Assembly (NCBI GenBank): GCA_050014195.1
Contig: JBEKDT010000015.1
Span: forward strand, 32,001 to 96,000
Length of the DNA stretch: 64,000 nucleotides
Direction of reading: 5' to 3'
DNA from: Desulfomonilia bacterium
Lineage (GTDB): Bacteria > Desulfobacterota > Desulfomonilia > UBA1062
Part shown: piece after piece, positions 41,459 through 51,286 of the stretch
Layout: the number at the start of each line of letters is the position of its first letter
Position numbering within the stretch: the stretch's first letter is position 1
Program-made: the position numbers and the translations under genes
Notes under the pieces: model-generated
Told to the model about the DNA's origin: nothing
Databases searched by the model: none
Seen by the model: only the letters and a program-made list of their open reading frames with translations

Positions 41459-41469
41459 TGATTTTGAAA

Positions 41470-41530
41470 TGTAAAAAGATCTACCCATGGTTTGTAAAAA
41501 GATCTAGCCATGGGGCATGGATAGATCTTT
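41470..41530. repeat. Iteron-like repeats (candidate ori or pac site)
   Basis: TGTAAAAAGATCTASCCATGG twice (41470, 41493) plus inverted CATGGATAGATCTTT (41516-41530), followed by AT-rich DNA. Confidence 0.7.
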
Positions 41531-42251
41531 ATCATATTTGATGGTTGGTTGATTAATGTTGAATAACAATATGTTACACGATAAATTGAAAAAATCAATT
41601 GTGGCACATATTATACCTATTTTTAGGTATCCCTTATATAGTACCAATAGGTTCTTCTTCACTTCGTTCAGAAGAACATTGAGCAAACTTCGTTTGCTCT
41701 ATCTCCCTCTTCTCTTTTTCAATGGAAGGAATGGAAAGACTATCCCATTCAGATTGAAAGAGTTTGTTTTTCCCCATTAGGGGAATTTTAGTCGGGAGCC
41801 TAAGTTTTGGAGGCTCCATATGAAATTGAAGGTTTCAAAGGTTGCCAGAGTGTTTCTCAGTATCCATTTGGCAAGTGACCTATTCGGGTCCAGTGCCAGG
41901 GGATTTCCCATCTACCAAGAAGCACATGATTCATTGAAGATCAATCCAAGTACCCTCGCCACTGTAAGATGGGTGGATGATCGGGAGCTACTTACATCAC
42001 TCAAATATTGGAGGCGTGATGGGTATGTGTATGGGTTGTTGCTGAACCGATTGGTTACGGGAGACCTCCCATGTGCTGGGTATGAAGGCAGTCGGGAGCC
42101 ATATGGTGATTTTTGAGGATTAATCCGGGCTTACCAAGTCTAAAGTCTTAAGTTATACTTTAGACTTTGGCACAAGAAGGCATAAAAAACGAGGAATAAA
42201 CTAATCATTTGAAATGTAATAAATAAATACAACGGGTTATGAGGTAATTGA

Positions 42252-44063
42252 ATGACACTTACACGAACCAGATTCCCAATCAAAGAGGATAAAGCACCAG
42301 ACATCGACCCTACCATTGACCCTGAAACTGACATCGATCAGGAACATAAAACCAACATACCCACTACCAAACAGAGAGGGTTCCCTAAAGGATCTCCAAG
42401 GCCTCCGAGGATAGCCGAGCGCTGGCAGGAGAACACGGAAGAAGCCTTCTATGCCTGGTTGGAAGATGTCAAGCCCATGATCCTTACACGATCAGGTAGG
42501 TATGAGGTCTTCCGACCCACACCTGAGCAGAAGACAATCATCAAGGCCGTCTTCACACAAGAAAATGGAAAGCTTAAGCACTCCATGATCCTGTCCATTC
42601 AGCCTCGTAGACACGGCAAGAGTACAGTCTTTGCAATCATAGCACTCTTCTTTTTCTGTTCCAGGAAGAACTACACCATTTCTTTGCTAGGTAATAACGA
42701 TACGCACACCGATAGGACAATGCTCAGGAAGCTCAAGTCCATCATCCAGCATACCGGAGGCTTAAGAATTCGGATAGACCCCGACAGGGACATCCTTCAT
42801 GACTGTATACGCCAGGAAACCTGGGGAAACCAAATAATCAAGCAAGGCGTTTCAAGTGCATCCGCATTCGGAGAGCGTATAAATCTGCTATGGGTATCGG
42901 ACCTCCATGCAGCCCCTGACATCTCGATATTCAACGCAGTCCAGGCCTCACTCTTAGACTCGGAAGATTCCCTGATCCTCATAGACAGCAATGCAGATTC
43001 CATAGGCGGTCCCGTTCATGGCTTGGAAGAAGAAGCCATGTCCGACCCTTCAATATTTTGCAGACACCTGGAATACAAGGATTTTGAAGAGTTTACAGAG
43101 AAAGCCCCTGCATGGATTGACCGATCCAGAGCCAAGCGCATACAAAGAACAGCCTTGGAAGCAGACTACCAGCGCGACATCCTCGGCAAACGCTCATCAG
43201 TAGCCAATGCTCTCTTCCCCGAAATCCTTATCAGGGCAGCTATGGACAGCTATAAAATCCCCGTTCTTGACATCAAAGACCTCGCCCATGGCAGACCCTA
43301 CAAGGTCGGTGCTGGTTTAGACCGAGCAAAGCTGTTGTCTCCGATAATGGGAGGAGATCACAGCGTCCTGACGACCGTTGCCAAGGTCGCCCAGACATCA
43401 GGTGAGCCCGAATATTTCATCCTCGACATGCACGATTTTACCTTGAACCTCAGCAAGGCAATAAAGGCCAGGATCATAGAGAATCACAAGAGATACACCC
43501 TCACCAATGTTGTCTTAGAATCATTCGAGACAGTAGACCTTCTCCCATATCTGGCAGAAATGCAAATTTCCCATGAGTCAATCCATGCAACAGACGTCGC
43601 ACAGAACACGATATTCCCTGAGTTCTACCGCATAGTGAAGGACGGTAGGCTCCATATCCCGGCAAACTGCACCCAGCTTGCCGATGAAATGCGCTCATTC
43701 ATTTATACCGCAAAGAAACATGGACAATACAGCTTTGGGCATTCATCAAGCCAGTTCCATGACGATGCCGTGTACGCCACTGCATGGGCGATCTTCTCTC
43801 TCAGGAATGAGATTCTTAGCATGTATCAGCTTGATCTACTCGATTGTCAGAATCAATCCTCGCTCAAACGGGCTCTATGTTTCTTATTTGGTGGTTCAAA
43901 AGTCATGCACTGCTCTGAAGGCTGTGCTGCATTCCATTCAGTCCAGGACATGCACCAAGACTTCCTGGCATTCAATCAGTTGGACAGCGAGCTTAACTTG
44001 GTTGAGTTTTTCAAGGCATACGTCCAGACCAAAGACACCATCAAACAATATCAGGTGCTGTAA
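42252..44063 (+). CDS. Phage terminase large subunit-like protein
   Basis: PTPEQ Q-motif, QPRRHGKST Walker A, GAGLD...DHS nuclease aspartates, HDDAVYA; located upstream of portal. Confidence 0.8.
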   Translation: MTLTRTRFPIKEDKAPDIDPTIDPETDIDQEHKTNIPTTKQRGFPKGSPRPPRIAERWQENTEEAFYAWLEDVKPMILTRSGRYEVFRPTPEQKTIIKAVFTQENGKLKHSMILSIQPRRHGKSTVFAIIALFFFCSRKNYTISLLGNNDTHTDRTMLRKLKSIIQHTGGLRIRIDPDRDILHDCIRQETWGNQIIKQGVSSASAFGERINLLWVSDLHAAPDISIFNAVQASLLDSEDSLILIDSNADSIGGPVHGLEEEAMSDPSIFCRHLEYKDFEEFTEKAPAWIDRSRAKRIQRTALEADYQRDILGKRSSVANALFPEILIRAAMDSYKIPVLDIKDLAHGRPYKVGAGLDRAKLLSPIMGGDHSVLTTVAKVAQTSGEPEYFILDMHDFTLNLSKAIKARIIENHKRYTLTNVVLESFETVDLLPYLAEMQISHESIHATDVAQNTIFPEFYRIVKDGRLHIPANCTQLADEMRSFIYTAKKHGQYSFGHSSSQFHDDAVYATAWAIFSLRNEILSMYQLDLLDCQNQSSLKRALCFLFGGSKVMHCSEGCAAFHSVQDMHQDFLAFNQLDSELNLVEFFKAYVQTKDTIKQYQVL

Positions 44064-44269
44064 TGTACGAGAAGACAGAAGATTTATGGCTCCCATTAAT
44101 AGGAGATGGTCAGATAGAATTTAGATGTGCAGCCTGCCGGAGATATTTTGGGAGAGGTTTATTCCCACCAGGATCTTTCCTGCTTCATAAATGTGGGAAG
44201 TGTGACCGGATAAACAGGCTTGGAGCCCATGGCGCTTCATTGGCATCACTCGGGGTAATAAAAAAATAA
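44063..44269 (+). CDS. Mu Com-like zinc-finger protein
   Basis: EFRCAAC...HKCGKCDRIN, matching Com RCxxC...KCxxCxxxN spacing. Confidence 0.6.
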   Translation: MYEKTEDLWLPLIGDGQIEFRCAACRRYFGRGLFPPGSFLLHKCGKCDRINRLGAHGASLASLGVIKK

Positions 44270-44284
44270 GGAAGGTAACAAGTA

Positions 44285-44485
44285 ATGGCAACAGGAACAG
44301 TAAAATGGTTCAACAGAGAAAAAGGGTATGGGTTTATCACAGTAGACGGTGGAAGTGATGTCTTTGTGCATTGGAAAAACATCTTAGGAGATGGGTTCAA
44401 GATGCTGGTTGAAGGCGATTCCGTAAGATTCGACATCGAGGAAGGCCCGAAGGGAGATCAGGCAGTTAACGTGAGGGAAGAATAA
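44285..44485 (+). CDS. Cold-shock protein (CspA family)
   Basis: [15 protein letters not shown] (RNP1), DVFVH (RNP2). Confidence 0.95.
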   Translation: MATGTVKWFNREKGYGFITVDGGSDVFVHWKNILGDGFKMLVEGDSVRFDIEEGPKGDQAVNVREE

Positions 44486-45003
44486 TGATCAAGCAAAATG
44501 GCAAATGGACGAGGATTCCACCCGAGCTTGAGCGGGCTTTTTACGCCCACCATGAGGCCGGTCATGTGGTGATGCATTACCTCAAAAAAGTGAGATTTGC
44601 TTATGTGACTATCAATGGAACCATGTCTGAACGTCCAGATGTTAAATCTTTCGTCTGCGTTAATCCAATATCCTTTGAGAAAAGGAAAAAGGTACTGGAA
44701 AGGGAATTTCTTCTTGATATGGCCGGGACAATTGCCGAAAAAATTTATCTCAAGTCCAAAGGCTATGAGGTGTGTCCCGGGTATACAAAAAGTGACTTGC
44801 GGTTAATCATGAACAAGGCTGAAAAGTATTTTGGGATTACAGAACCAGATGTAATTGACAAAAAACTAAAAGAACTTGAGCCCGAGTGCAAAAATCTCAT
44901 TGAACAGAACTGTAAAGCTATTACAGCCATTGTGGAAGCCCTACTGAAAGAAGAGACGATAGGATACAAAAAGGCCAGAGAGATCATCAAAAGAATAAAA
45001 TAA
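44485..45003 (+). CDS. Stand-alone peptidase M41 (FtsH C-terminal)-like protein
   Basis: AHHEAGHVV, MAGTIAE, SDL, AIVEALLKEETI. Confidence 0.7.
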   Translation: MIKQNGKWTRIPPELERAFYAHHEAGHVVMHYLKKVRFAYVTINGTMSERPDVKSFVCVNPISFEKRKKVLEREFLLDMAGTIAEKIYLKSKGYEVCPGYTKSDLRLIMNKAEKYFGITEPDVIDKKLKELEPECKNLIEQNCKAITAIVEALLKEETIGYKKAREIIKRIK

Positions 45004-45135
45004 GTTTTCGTCTTGTTATAGAAAAAAACTATAATAACATATATCACGAAAAGCCCCCTTTTCATGCATAGAGCCCCATGGAGGCCAGCCGACGGCCAAA
45101 CCATTGGGGCTCTTTTGCTTTTAGGAGGTTAGTGA

Positions 45136-46482
45136 ATGTTTTGGAACAGCGTTGTTGACGATGTAGCATTTCGAACATGGGGATTCAGTGCGACTGACCC
45201 CGTCTTGATGCGGAAGCAGGAACACCTCCGCAGGATTGAGTATTACCACGACTTACAGTTAGATTTCCTGCGGATGCAGCTTACCCGACATTTCGCAGAT
45301 GCAAGCAAGATCACGCCGATGTTTATCAATGTGACCCGAAAAGTCATAAACAACATTGCCAGGGTTTACATTTATCCGGTCACGAGGCAGATCGTCAAAG
45401 GCTCAACAACCGACACCGAACTTTTCCAAGCAATTGCCCTCACATCGTCTCTTGGAAGAAAACTCAAGCTGGCAAGTCGATATTGCAAGCTCCTTAAAAC
45501 CCTTCTGCTCAGGCCAATATGGCGTGATGGTCACATGGACTTGGACCTGATAACGGGTGACAAAACCGATGTCACTTATGGTGATGTTCCGGAGCAGTTA
45601 CTATCGGTCAAAATAACGATCTATCCTGACTCAGGAAAGCTCGAAGACCTAACATATAGCCTTTGGACTGCCCAAGAGTTCCAGACGCTTGACTACAGAA
45701 ATAAAGTGATTGCAAGCCAGCCAAATCCTTACGGCGTTTTGCCATTCGTCCCGATCTGGGATGGTGTTCCAGTTCGAGATTTTTGGATCGATGGCGGTGA
45801 CGATCTGATCACAGCCCAGGATGCCGTTAACGAGAGGTTGACCGATTTATGCTATGTTTTACGCCTTCAAGGATACGGTCAGCCTTATACAATCGGTGTA
45901 CCACAAAGCACCGACTTTTATTTGGGACCAGGTGCAGTAACCCAACTGCCACAGGGATGTAGCATGGGCTTTGCCTCAACTAACGCCCCAATCAGCGCGA
46001 TCATCGAAGCAATAAAATTTCTCATAGGTCAGACAGCTGTCTCGTATGGCCTGTCCGCGCATATTCTAATTGACGAACCGGAACGATCTTCCGGAATTAG
46101 CAAGATAATTTCTAGCCAGGAGCTAGATGAAGCCCGGCAGGACGAGGTCGAGCTTTTCATGGATTACGAGCATAACTTATTCAATATGTTCAAGGTTCTA
46201 TGGAACCATCACAATCCTGGTAAACAGTTTTCCAAGAATGCAGAATTAAAAGTATCATTTGAAGATCCTAAACCAGAAGTTGATCCTCTGGTCCAAGCGA
46301 ACGCATGGACTGCATTGATGGGCATGGGCGTCATATCGCCTGTGGACATCGTCATGGCTCGCAATCCTGACATAACGAGTAGACAAGATGCCCTCGCATA
46401 TTTGCTGACTGTAGAATCCGAGATGAGAACCCTCAATGAGGGATATCCCATAACCCCAAATCCAGGAAGGACGGTACCCTAA
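45136..46482 (+). CDS. Phage portal protein (SPP1 gp6-like)
   Basis: AGGAGG RBS; EYYHD, INVTRKVIN, NPYGVLPFVP, DLITAQDAVNERLTD, SSG; 448 aa. Confidence 0.78.
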   Translation: MFWNSVVDDVAFRTWGFSATDPVLMRKQEHLRRIEYYHDLQLDFLRMQLTRHFADASKITPMFINVTRKVINNIARVYIYPVTRQIVKGSTTDTELFQAIALTSSLGRKLKLASRYCKLLKTLLLRPIWRDGHMDLDLITGDKTDVTYGDVPEQLLSVKITIYPDSGKLEDLTYSLWTAQEFQTLDYRNKVIASQPNPYGVLPFVPIWDGVPVRDFWIDGGDDLITAQDAVNERLTDLCYVLRLQGYGQPYTIGVPQSTDFYLGPGAVTQLPQGCSMGFASTNAPISAIIEAIKFLIGQTAVSYGLSAHILIDEPERSSGISKIISSQELDEARQDEVELFMDYEHNLFNMFKVLWNHHNPGKQFSKNAELKVSFEDPKPEVDPLVQANAWTALMGMGVISPVDIVMARNPDITSRQDALAYLLTVESEMRTLNEGYPITPNPGRTVP

Positions 46483-46877
46483 TGGAAAAAGAAGCAATCG
46501 TCAACGCAGACGGAAAAAGCGATGAAACAAAGGAAAAAGCCCAGGCCCAGGGCACGGACAATGCCACCGAAAAAGGCAGCAAGATGATTCCCAAGGAACG
46601 ATTCGATCAGGTCAACCAGCAGAAAAAAGAGGCTCTTGAAGCCCTGCAATCCATTGTTGATGAACTCATCGAGGACATCCCGGAAGAGTTTAAAGACCTC
46701 GTCCCTGACCTATCACCAGCAGTTAAAATAATGTGGATCAGGAACGCGCAGAAAAAGGGAATCTTTGGGAAGACATCTCCTGATGGGCTAGACACAAAGA
46801 GATCCGGGAATACGGCCCCCAGAAATCTTGAAGGTCTTAGTACACACGATTTAAGGAAACTTGGTTACAAAAACTAA
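46482..46877 (+). CDS. Capsid scaffolding protein-like
   Basis: MIPKERFDQVN motif plus coiled coil, between portal and capsid genes. Confidence 0.7.
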   Translation: MEKEAIVNADGKSDETKEKAQAQGTDNATEKGSKMIPKERFDQVNQQKKEALEALQSIVDELIEDIPEEFKDLVPDLSPAVKIMWIRNAQKKGIFGKTSPDGLDTKRSGNTAPRNLEGLSTHDLRKLGYKN

Positions 46878-46956
46878 AAAATAAATCCATTGTCTCAACA
46901 TAGTTAGAGGCCATTGAAGAGCCCTTGTTTCTGACGTGGAAACAGGAGGAAAATCA

Positions 46957-47877
46957 ATGGCTTTAACATTGTTAGATCAAGCTAAACTTTGCGTTGATCC
47001 GCTTCAAAAAGGCATTATCGAAGAGTACCCGCGAACTTCTGAGGTGCTTCAACGACTACCCTTTATGTCAGTTTCAAGTGATACTTACAGATACAACAGG
47101 GAAGAAATTTTGCCAGGTGTCGGTTTTCGAGGCGTGAACGAGAGCTATAATGAAAGCACTGGCATACTCAATCCCCAGATCGAGACACTCATGATCTCAG
47201 GTGGGTTTAGCGATGTTGACCGTGCTCTAATTAAAACACAGGGAAATGTAAACGATCTTCGGGCAATTTATGACGGACTAAAGGCCAAGGCATTAAGCCT
47301 GTTCTGGACTAAAGAATTCTTTAAGGGTGACACTACAGTCAACCCACGAGGATTCGATGGTCTTGAAAAACGTCTGACTGGTCCGCAGCTCCTCGATATG
47401 GGCTCAAGTGCAGGTGGTGACACCTTGACCCTTGCCATGCTCGACGAGCTGATCGACTGCTGCCCATGGGGTGTTGATTGTTTGTTTATGAACAGGACCA
47501 TGAGGAGAAAGGTCAATGCCTTGATTCGTGCTTCCGGTGCAGCAATCGAGACGGTCTCTGATGCCTTCGGTCAACAGATACCTTCATATGCATCCATACC
47601 AATCGGGATAATTTGGATCGATGAAAAAGGTAATGAAATCCTTGATTTCAATGAACCTGCGCCTGGTGATGGTGCTACTGTTACCACCTCAATTTATGCA
47701 GTTAAATTTGGTGCAGGGCAGTACGTTTCAGGATTGCAGGTCAGTCCTATAGAAGTGCTCGATCTCGGCTTGTACGCTGGCGGTATCAAGTTCAGAACGC
47801 TGATCGAGTGGATCAGTGGCATGGCTGTCTTTAACTCAAGGGCAGCAGCGCGTCTACGTGGAATTAAAAACGCATAA
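46957..47877 (+). CDS. Major capsid protein
   Basis: GGAGG RBS; LPF...YRYNRE..LPGVGFRGVNESY, FDGLEKRL, LDELID, AAARLRGI; 306 aa after scaffold. Confidence 0.82.
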   Translation: MALTLLDQAKLCVDPLQKGIIEEYPRTSEVLQRLPFMSVSSDTYRYNREEILPGVGFRGVNESYNESTGILNPQIETLMISGGFSDVDRALIKTQGNVNDLRAIYDGLKAKALSLFWTKEFFKGDTTVNPRGFDGLEKRLTGPQLLDMGSSAGGDTLTLAMLDELIDCCPWGVDCLFMNRTMRRKVNALIRASGAAIETVSDAFGQQIPSYASIPIGIIWIDEKGNEILDFNEPAPGDGATVTTSIYAVKFGAGQYVSGLQVSPIEVLDLGLYAGGIKFRTLIEWISGMAVFNSRAAARLRGIKNA

Positions 47878-47999
47878 TAGTGTCTCACTCCCAGGAGTGA
47901 GTGTTTTACCCGACCGGTCTGCCACTCAGACCTGTGTCATATTCTTAAATGGGGAGCAAGGATCGGCCTTGCTCCCCAGCCTCCAAGAAAGGATGAAGC

Positions 48000-48191
48000 A
48001 TGGAACGTAAAAGAGGTAGGCCCAAGAAAAGTATAAAACTGATGGAAAATAGGGTTGGGTTCTTCATTGAGATTTACAAGGATCTTCATCAGCAACTTAA
48101 GACTGAGTCCGACAGGCAAGGTGTGCCCATGTGCAAGTTTGTAGAAATAGCAATCAAAGAATTACTTAAGTCATGTACAATGACATCTTAA
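48000..48191 (+). CDS. Small RHH-like protein with RGRP AT-hook-like motif
   Basis: RKRGRPKK...FIEIYKDLHQQLKTESDRQGVPMCKFVEIAIKELL. Confidence 0.6.
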   Translation: MERKRGRPKKSIKLMENRVGFFIEIYKDLHQQLKTESDRQGVPMCKFVEIAIKELLKSCTMTS

Positions 48192-49180
48192 AATTCCAGC
48201 ATCGTGTAGATCAACGAAGCAATGCTCTTGCCTCGGATATGATCCGAGAGCTTGATGCTGCAAGGGTTGAAATCCTTGGAAAACTGGCTGATCTGCAAGA
48301 TCGTTACATTCGAGGCGACTACAACACCGAGACATTTCAACGTAAACAGGCTTTCTTACTGCATCAGAGGAACGAGGTTGAAGATACCCTTGATAGTGTT
48401 TTCAGCAATATTGGAGATCAACTCCAATCAGCCTCAGAAGACGTTATCGCAGCGACAACCGTACACACGATCAGTACAATGAACAATAGCACTGGCCTTG
48501 ACATCCAGTTCTTCCACTTGGACCCTGAACTTGTCCAGGCATGGTTCCAGACCGGCCTTATCGAAGGCTCGACCCTCACAGACTGGCTCAATAAGCTAAA
48601 ACAGTCCACAGCCGACAGAATAATTAAGGCACAAAGACAATCCCTCATTCAGGGCGAGAGTGTGGGGGGAATGGTCAAACGATTACGCCAGGAGGGCGTT
48701 GAGGGAAGTTATCGAGACCTCACTGGCCTTGCCCGAACCAGTATGCTTTCGGCTGCAAACTATGCTCGTGAACAAACCGTTACTCAGGGCTTCGGGGATG
48801 TGCTCACGGGCTGGCAATATTGCGCCACGCTAGATTCGAGGACGTGTTTGGTGTGTGGGGATTTGGATGGAACCACATATGGCCCTACAGATCAAAAAGA
48901 AGATTTACCCTTACATTGGTGCTGCCGATGTTGCTACATTCCACTAGTAGGTGGTGAGGGTGCTAACACTGATGATCGTCCAGCCGTTACAGATGAAAGA
49001 GTTGAGAGGTTTGACGGCACATACAACGAGTGGATGCAATCGCAATTAGAATCCGACCCCGGCTTCGTCAAGGATGTTTTAGGCCCTGGAAGGTTTGATT
49101 TATTCAAAGATGGGAAAATAAGCCTTTCAAATATGGTTACAAATGGCGAAATAACAACCCTTGCAGACCTCAAAGGATAG
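48173..49180 (+). CDS. Phage head morphogenesis / minor capsid protein (SPP1 gp7, Mu F-like)
   Basis: LARTS, ATLDSRTCLVCGDLDG, PLHWCCRC, VLGPGRFDLFKDG. Confidence 0.85.
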   Translation: MYNDILKFQHRVDQRSNALASDMIRELDAARVEILGKLADLQDRYIRGDYNTETFQRKQAFLLHQRNEVEDTLDSVFSNIGDQLQSASEDVIAATTVHTISTMNNSTGLDIQFFHLDPELVQAWFQTGLIEGSTLTDWLNKLKQSTADRIIKAQRQSLIQGESVGGMVKRLRQEGVEGSYRDLTGLARTSMLSAANYAREQTVTQGFGDVLTGWQYCATLDSRTCLVCGDLDGTTYGPTDQKEDLPLHWCCRCCYIPLVGGEGANTDDRPAVTDERVERFDGTYNEWMQSQLESDPGFVKDVLGPGRFDLFKDGKISLSNMVTNGEITTLADLKG

Positions 49181-49206
49181 GGGTTTTCAGAGGTCGGGGC
49201 TAACCT

Positions 49207-49434
49207 TTATCCTTCTATAGCCACTAAAACCGCTCCATTAACATATGAAGCATAGCGATGATTTAAGTAAGTTACAATTTCATTATCCCATTTTAACTCA
49301 TCCCCTTGATTATCTCTTGGCTTCCTATCTTTTATAGTCACCTCCATTGAACTATATACTCCAAACTGAACGCTAAAACCTTTGGCCTTCCCGTCTCTCA
49401 TCGTTCCACTAATCATTATAAACTTATATTCCAT
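49207..49434 (-). CDS. Hypothetical protein
   Basis: ORF overlapping the upstream minus-strand gene; GGAG RBS before MEYKF. Confidence 0.5.
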   Translation of the reverse strand: MEYKFIMISGTMRDGKAKGFSVQFGVYSSMEVTIKDRKPRDNQGDELKWDNEIVTYLNHRYASYVNGAVLVAIEG

Positions 49435-49714
49435 TGCTTGACTCTCCTTTTTCTGGCTCCCCATATAGGGATACCCAGACTGCTCTTTTCATTTCTTTGG
49501 TTATGTATTTACCAACTATCGTTCTACAATCTTCAGCAAGTGCAATAAGCTCCTTTTTTGCTTTCTTTATGCGTTTGTCGGTCCAATTAGGGGTAACATC
49601 TAGAAGGTCACACCATTCAATATGACTGAGCATGTCATCCAAAACACATAACTGGGTTAACAATTCGCCAATGTCTATACTGCCTGCAACCTTACCATTT
49701 TTTAACTTACCCAT
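49424..49714 (-). CDS. Hypothetical protein
   Basis: GAGGTG RBS; 96 aa. Confidence 0.55.
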   Translation of the reverse strand: MGKLKNGKVAGSIDIGELLTQLCVLDDMLSHIEWCDLLDVTPNWTDKRIKKAKKELIALAEDCRTIVGKYITKEMKRAVWVSLYGEPEKGESSNGI

Positions 49715-49947
49715 TTTTCACCTCTCTCGTTCATCATGCTTACATTATATCATATTTTCAGATGAAACACGGTTTTCGGATAGGGTTTCAACAGGTCAGG
49801 GCAAAACCTTATCTCCTATATCTTTCTTTAATAATACAATCAATTTATATCTTTCACGAAATGTGAAAGATAGTCTTGTTTTTTAAATAAATAAAAATTA
49901 TTATGAATATATCTTGTTATATCAAAAGCCTATGAAAGGAGAGAATT

Positions 49948-50301
49948 ATGGTTGCAAAAAAGGGACAAGTTAAGAAGTCAGGCAATGGCGATACCATTGA
50001 AAAGATCAATCGCAAACCAGTCCAGAAAAAGGCGGCTATCAAGGACGATCAAACAGCAGCCCCCAAAGAAATCAAAACAGATGTTTTCGGTAACAGAGTC
50101 AATACCCAGTCCAGCCTGATCAATGAACTCCTCCTGAAAGGCACGAAGAAGGACGTCATTGTCAAGGCTATCATGGACAAGTTCAACAGTCCTGAGAAGA
50201 CGGCTACCGGCAAACTTCGGGGGCACATCAAACACCTCAAGAAAGAAGGACATTCTGTAACCGAGAAGGATGACACCTATACCATAAAGATAAAAGGCTA
50301 G
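49948..50301 (+). CDS. Lys-rich small protein, possible wHTH nucleic-acid binder
   Basis: AAGGAG RBS; basic composition; GKLRGHIKHLKKEGHSV...YTI. Confidence 0.6.
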   Translation: MVAKKGQVKKSGNGDTIEKINRKPVQKKAAIKDDQTAAPKEIKTDVFGNRVNTQSSLINELLLKGTKKDVIVKAIMDKFNSPEKTATGKLRGHIKHLKKEGHSVTEKDDTYTIKIKG

Positions 50302-50309
50302 GGGGCGAT

Positions 50310-50504
50310 ATGGATCTGATTGAACGTCAGGCAAAAGCGGATCAAGTCAAAAACAGGGTGTTCAGTATTCTTACTGTGGCCTTAGCTCAGGTCAGGAATA
50401 CAGTTGAGGAGTCCGGTCTTGAGATGAGAGACTGTGGCATCAGTGTTGAGCGATACCAGGCCGGAGATCATTCAATATTCGTCGATCTCAGGATGAAGAT
50501 ATAA
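50310..50504 (+). CDS. Hypothetical protein
   Basis: Follows the previous gene; terminator downstream. Confidence 0.55.
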   Translation: MDLIERQAKADQVKNRVFSILTVALAQVRNTVEESGLEMRDCGISVERYQAGDHSIFVDLRMKI

Positions 50505-50537
50505 AAATATAACCCGCACCTACGAAAGACCTCCCTT

Positions 50538-50566
50538 GGCCCCGGTGCAATGCCGGGGCCTTTTTT
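50538..50566 (+). terminator. Rho-independent terminator
   Basis: GGCCCCGG-TGCAATG-CCGGGGCC followed by TTTTTT. Confidence 0.85.
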
Positions 50567-50618
50567 ATGCCCCTCGATGAATTTGGGGAGTCCTTTTAAG
50601 GCCCCGCCGCAACTGTGT

Positions 50619-50849
50619 CTAATCCTTCAATGGAATCCAGGCCCAACGGTGAAAGCCTTCTCTAAGCTTATATTTATAACAATCACCATTCGAATAAGTT
50701 GATGTCAGGATTCCTTGATCAGCATTGTAATCCCAGGTAAAAATATCACCGTATGTTCCTCGGACCTGACACTTAAAACTTTTCTTTAAATCTATACTCA
50801 AAAAATCCAACTCGTCCTCGTCCCAAATTTCCTTATCTCCCAGATCCAT
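50619..50849 (-). CDS. Hypothetical protein
   Basis: AGGAG RBS before MDLGDKE. Confidence 0.5.
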   Translation of the reverse strand: MDLGDKEIWDEDELDFLSIDLKKSFKCQVRGTYGDIFTWDYNADQGILTSTYSNGDCYKYKLREGFHRWAWIPLKD

Positions 50850-51026
50850 TGTGATTCTCCTATAAATTTTTATTCGACGAATAAACAATCGTACAGACTA
50901 TCGTAGCACACTTTTTTCAAAACCTTGTTCAGTCTGGAAAAATAGTTTTTATGAGTAATTATCTTGTTTTATTTATATATTTATTTTATGATATTCTTAA
51001 AATAAATAAGGCAGGAGGGCCAAGTT

Positions 51027-51269
51027 ATGGCGGAAAAATTGAGGGCTTTTACCCTTTACATCGAAGATATAAAGCTCCGTAAGATGAAGGCGATAGCAGC
51101 CTACAAGGATAAAAAGACAAGGGAAATTGTCAACGAGATGTTCGATCTCTACCTGGCAAAGTTCGCTGAAACTGAGCAAGGCAAGCAGCTTATGGCATCC
51201 TTTGAAGAAGAACACAAAGGGGAAATCAAACTTACTCGCCTGAAGAAACCGGAATCACAAAAACCATGA
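51027..51269 (+). CDS. Putative ribbon-helix-helix regulator upstream of the recombinases
   Basis: GGAGG RBS; FTLYIED...KMKAIAA...TREIVNEMFDLYL. Confidence 0.6.
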   Translation: MAEKLRAFTLYIEDIKLRKMKAIAAYKDKKTREIVNEMFDLYLAKFAETEQGKQLMASFEEEHKGEIKLTRLKKPESQKP

Positions 51270-51286
51270 TATAATAAGGGGGAAAT

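Noticed and set aside
41504-42334. Short ORFs between the iterons and terL as small terminase
   Set aside because: Overlapping, contradictory frames with no recognisable motif; cannot be supported without a homology search.
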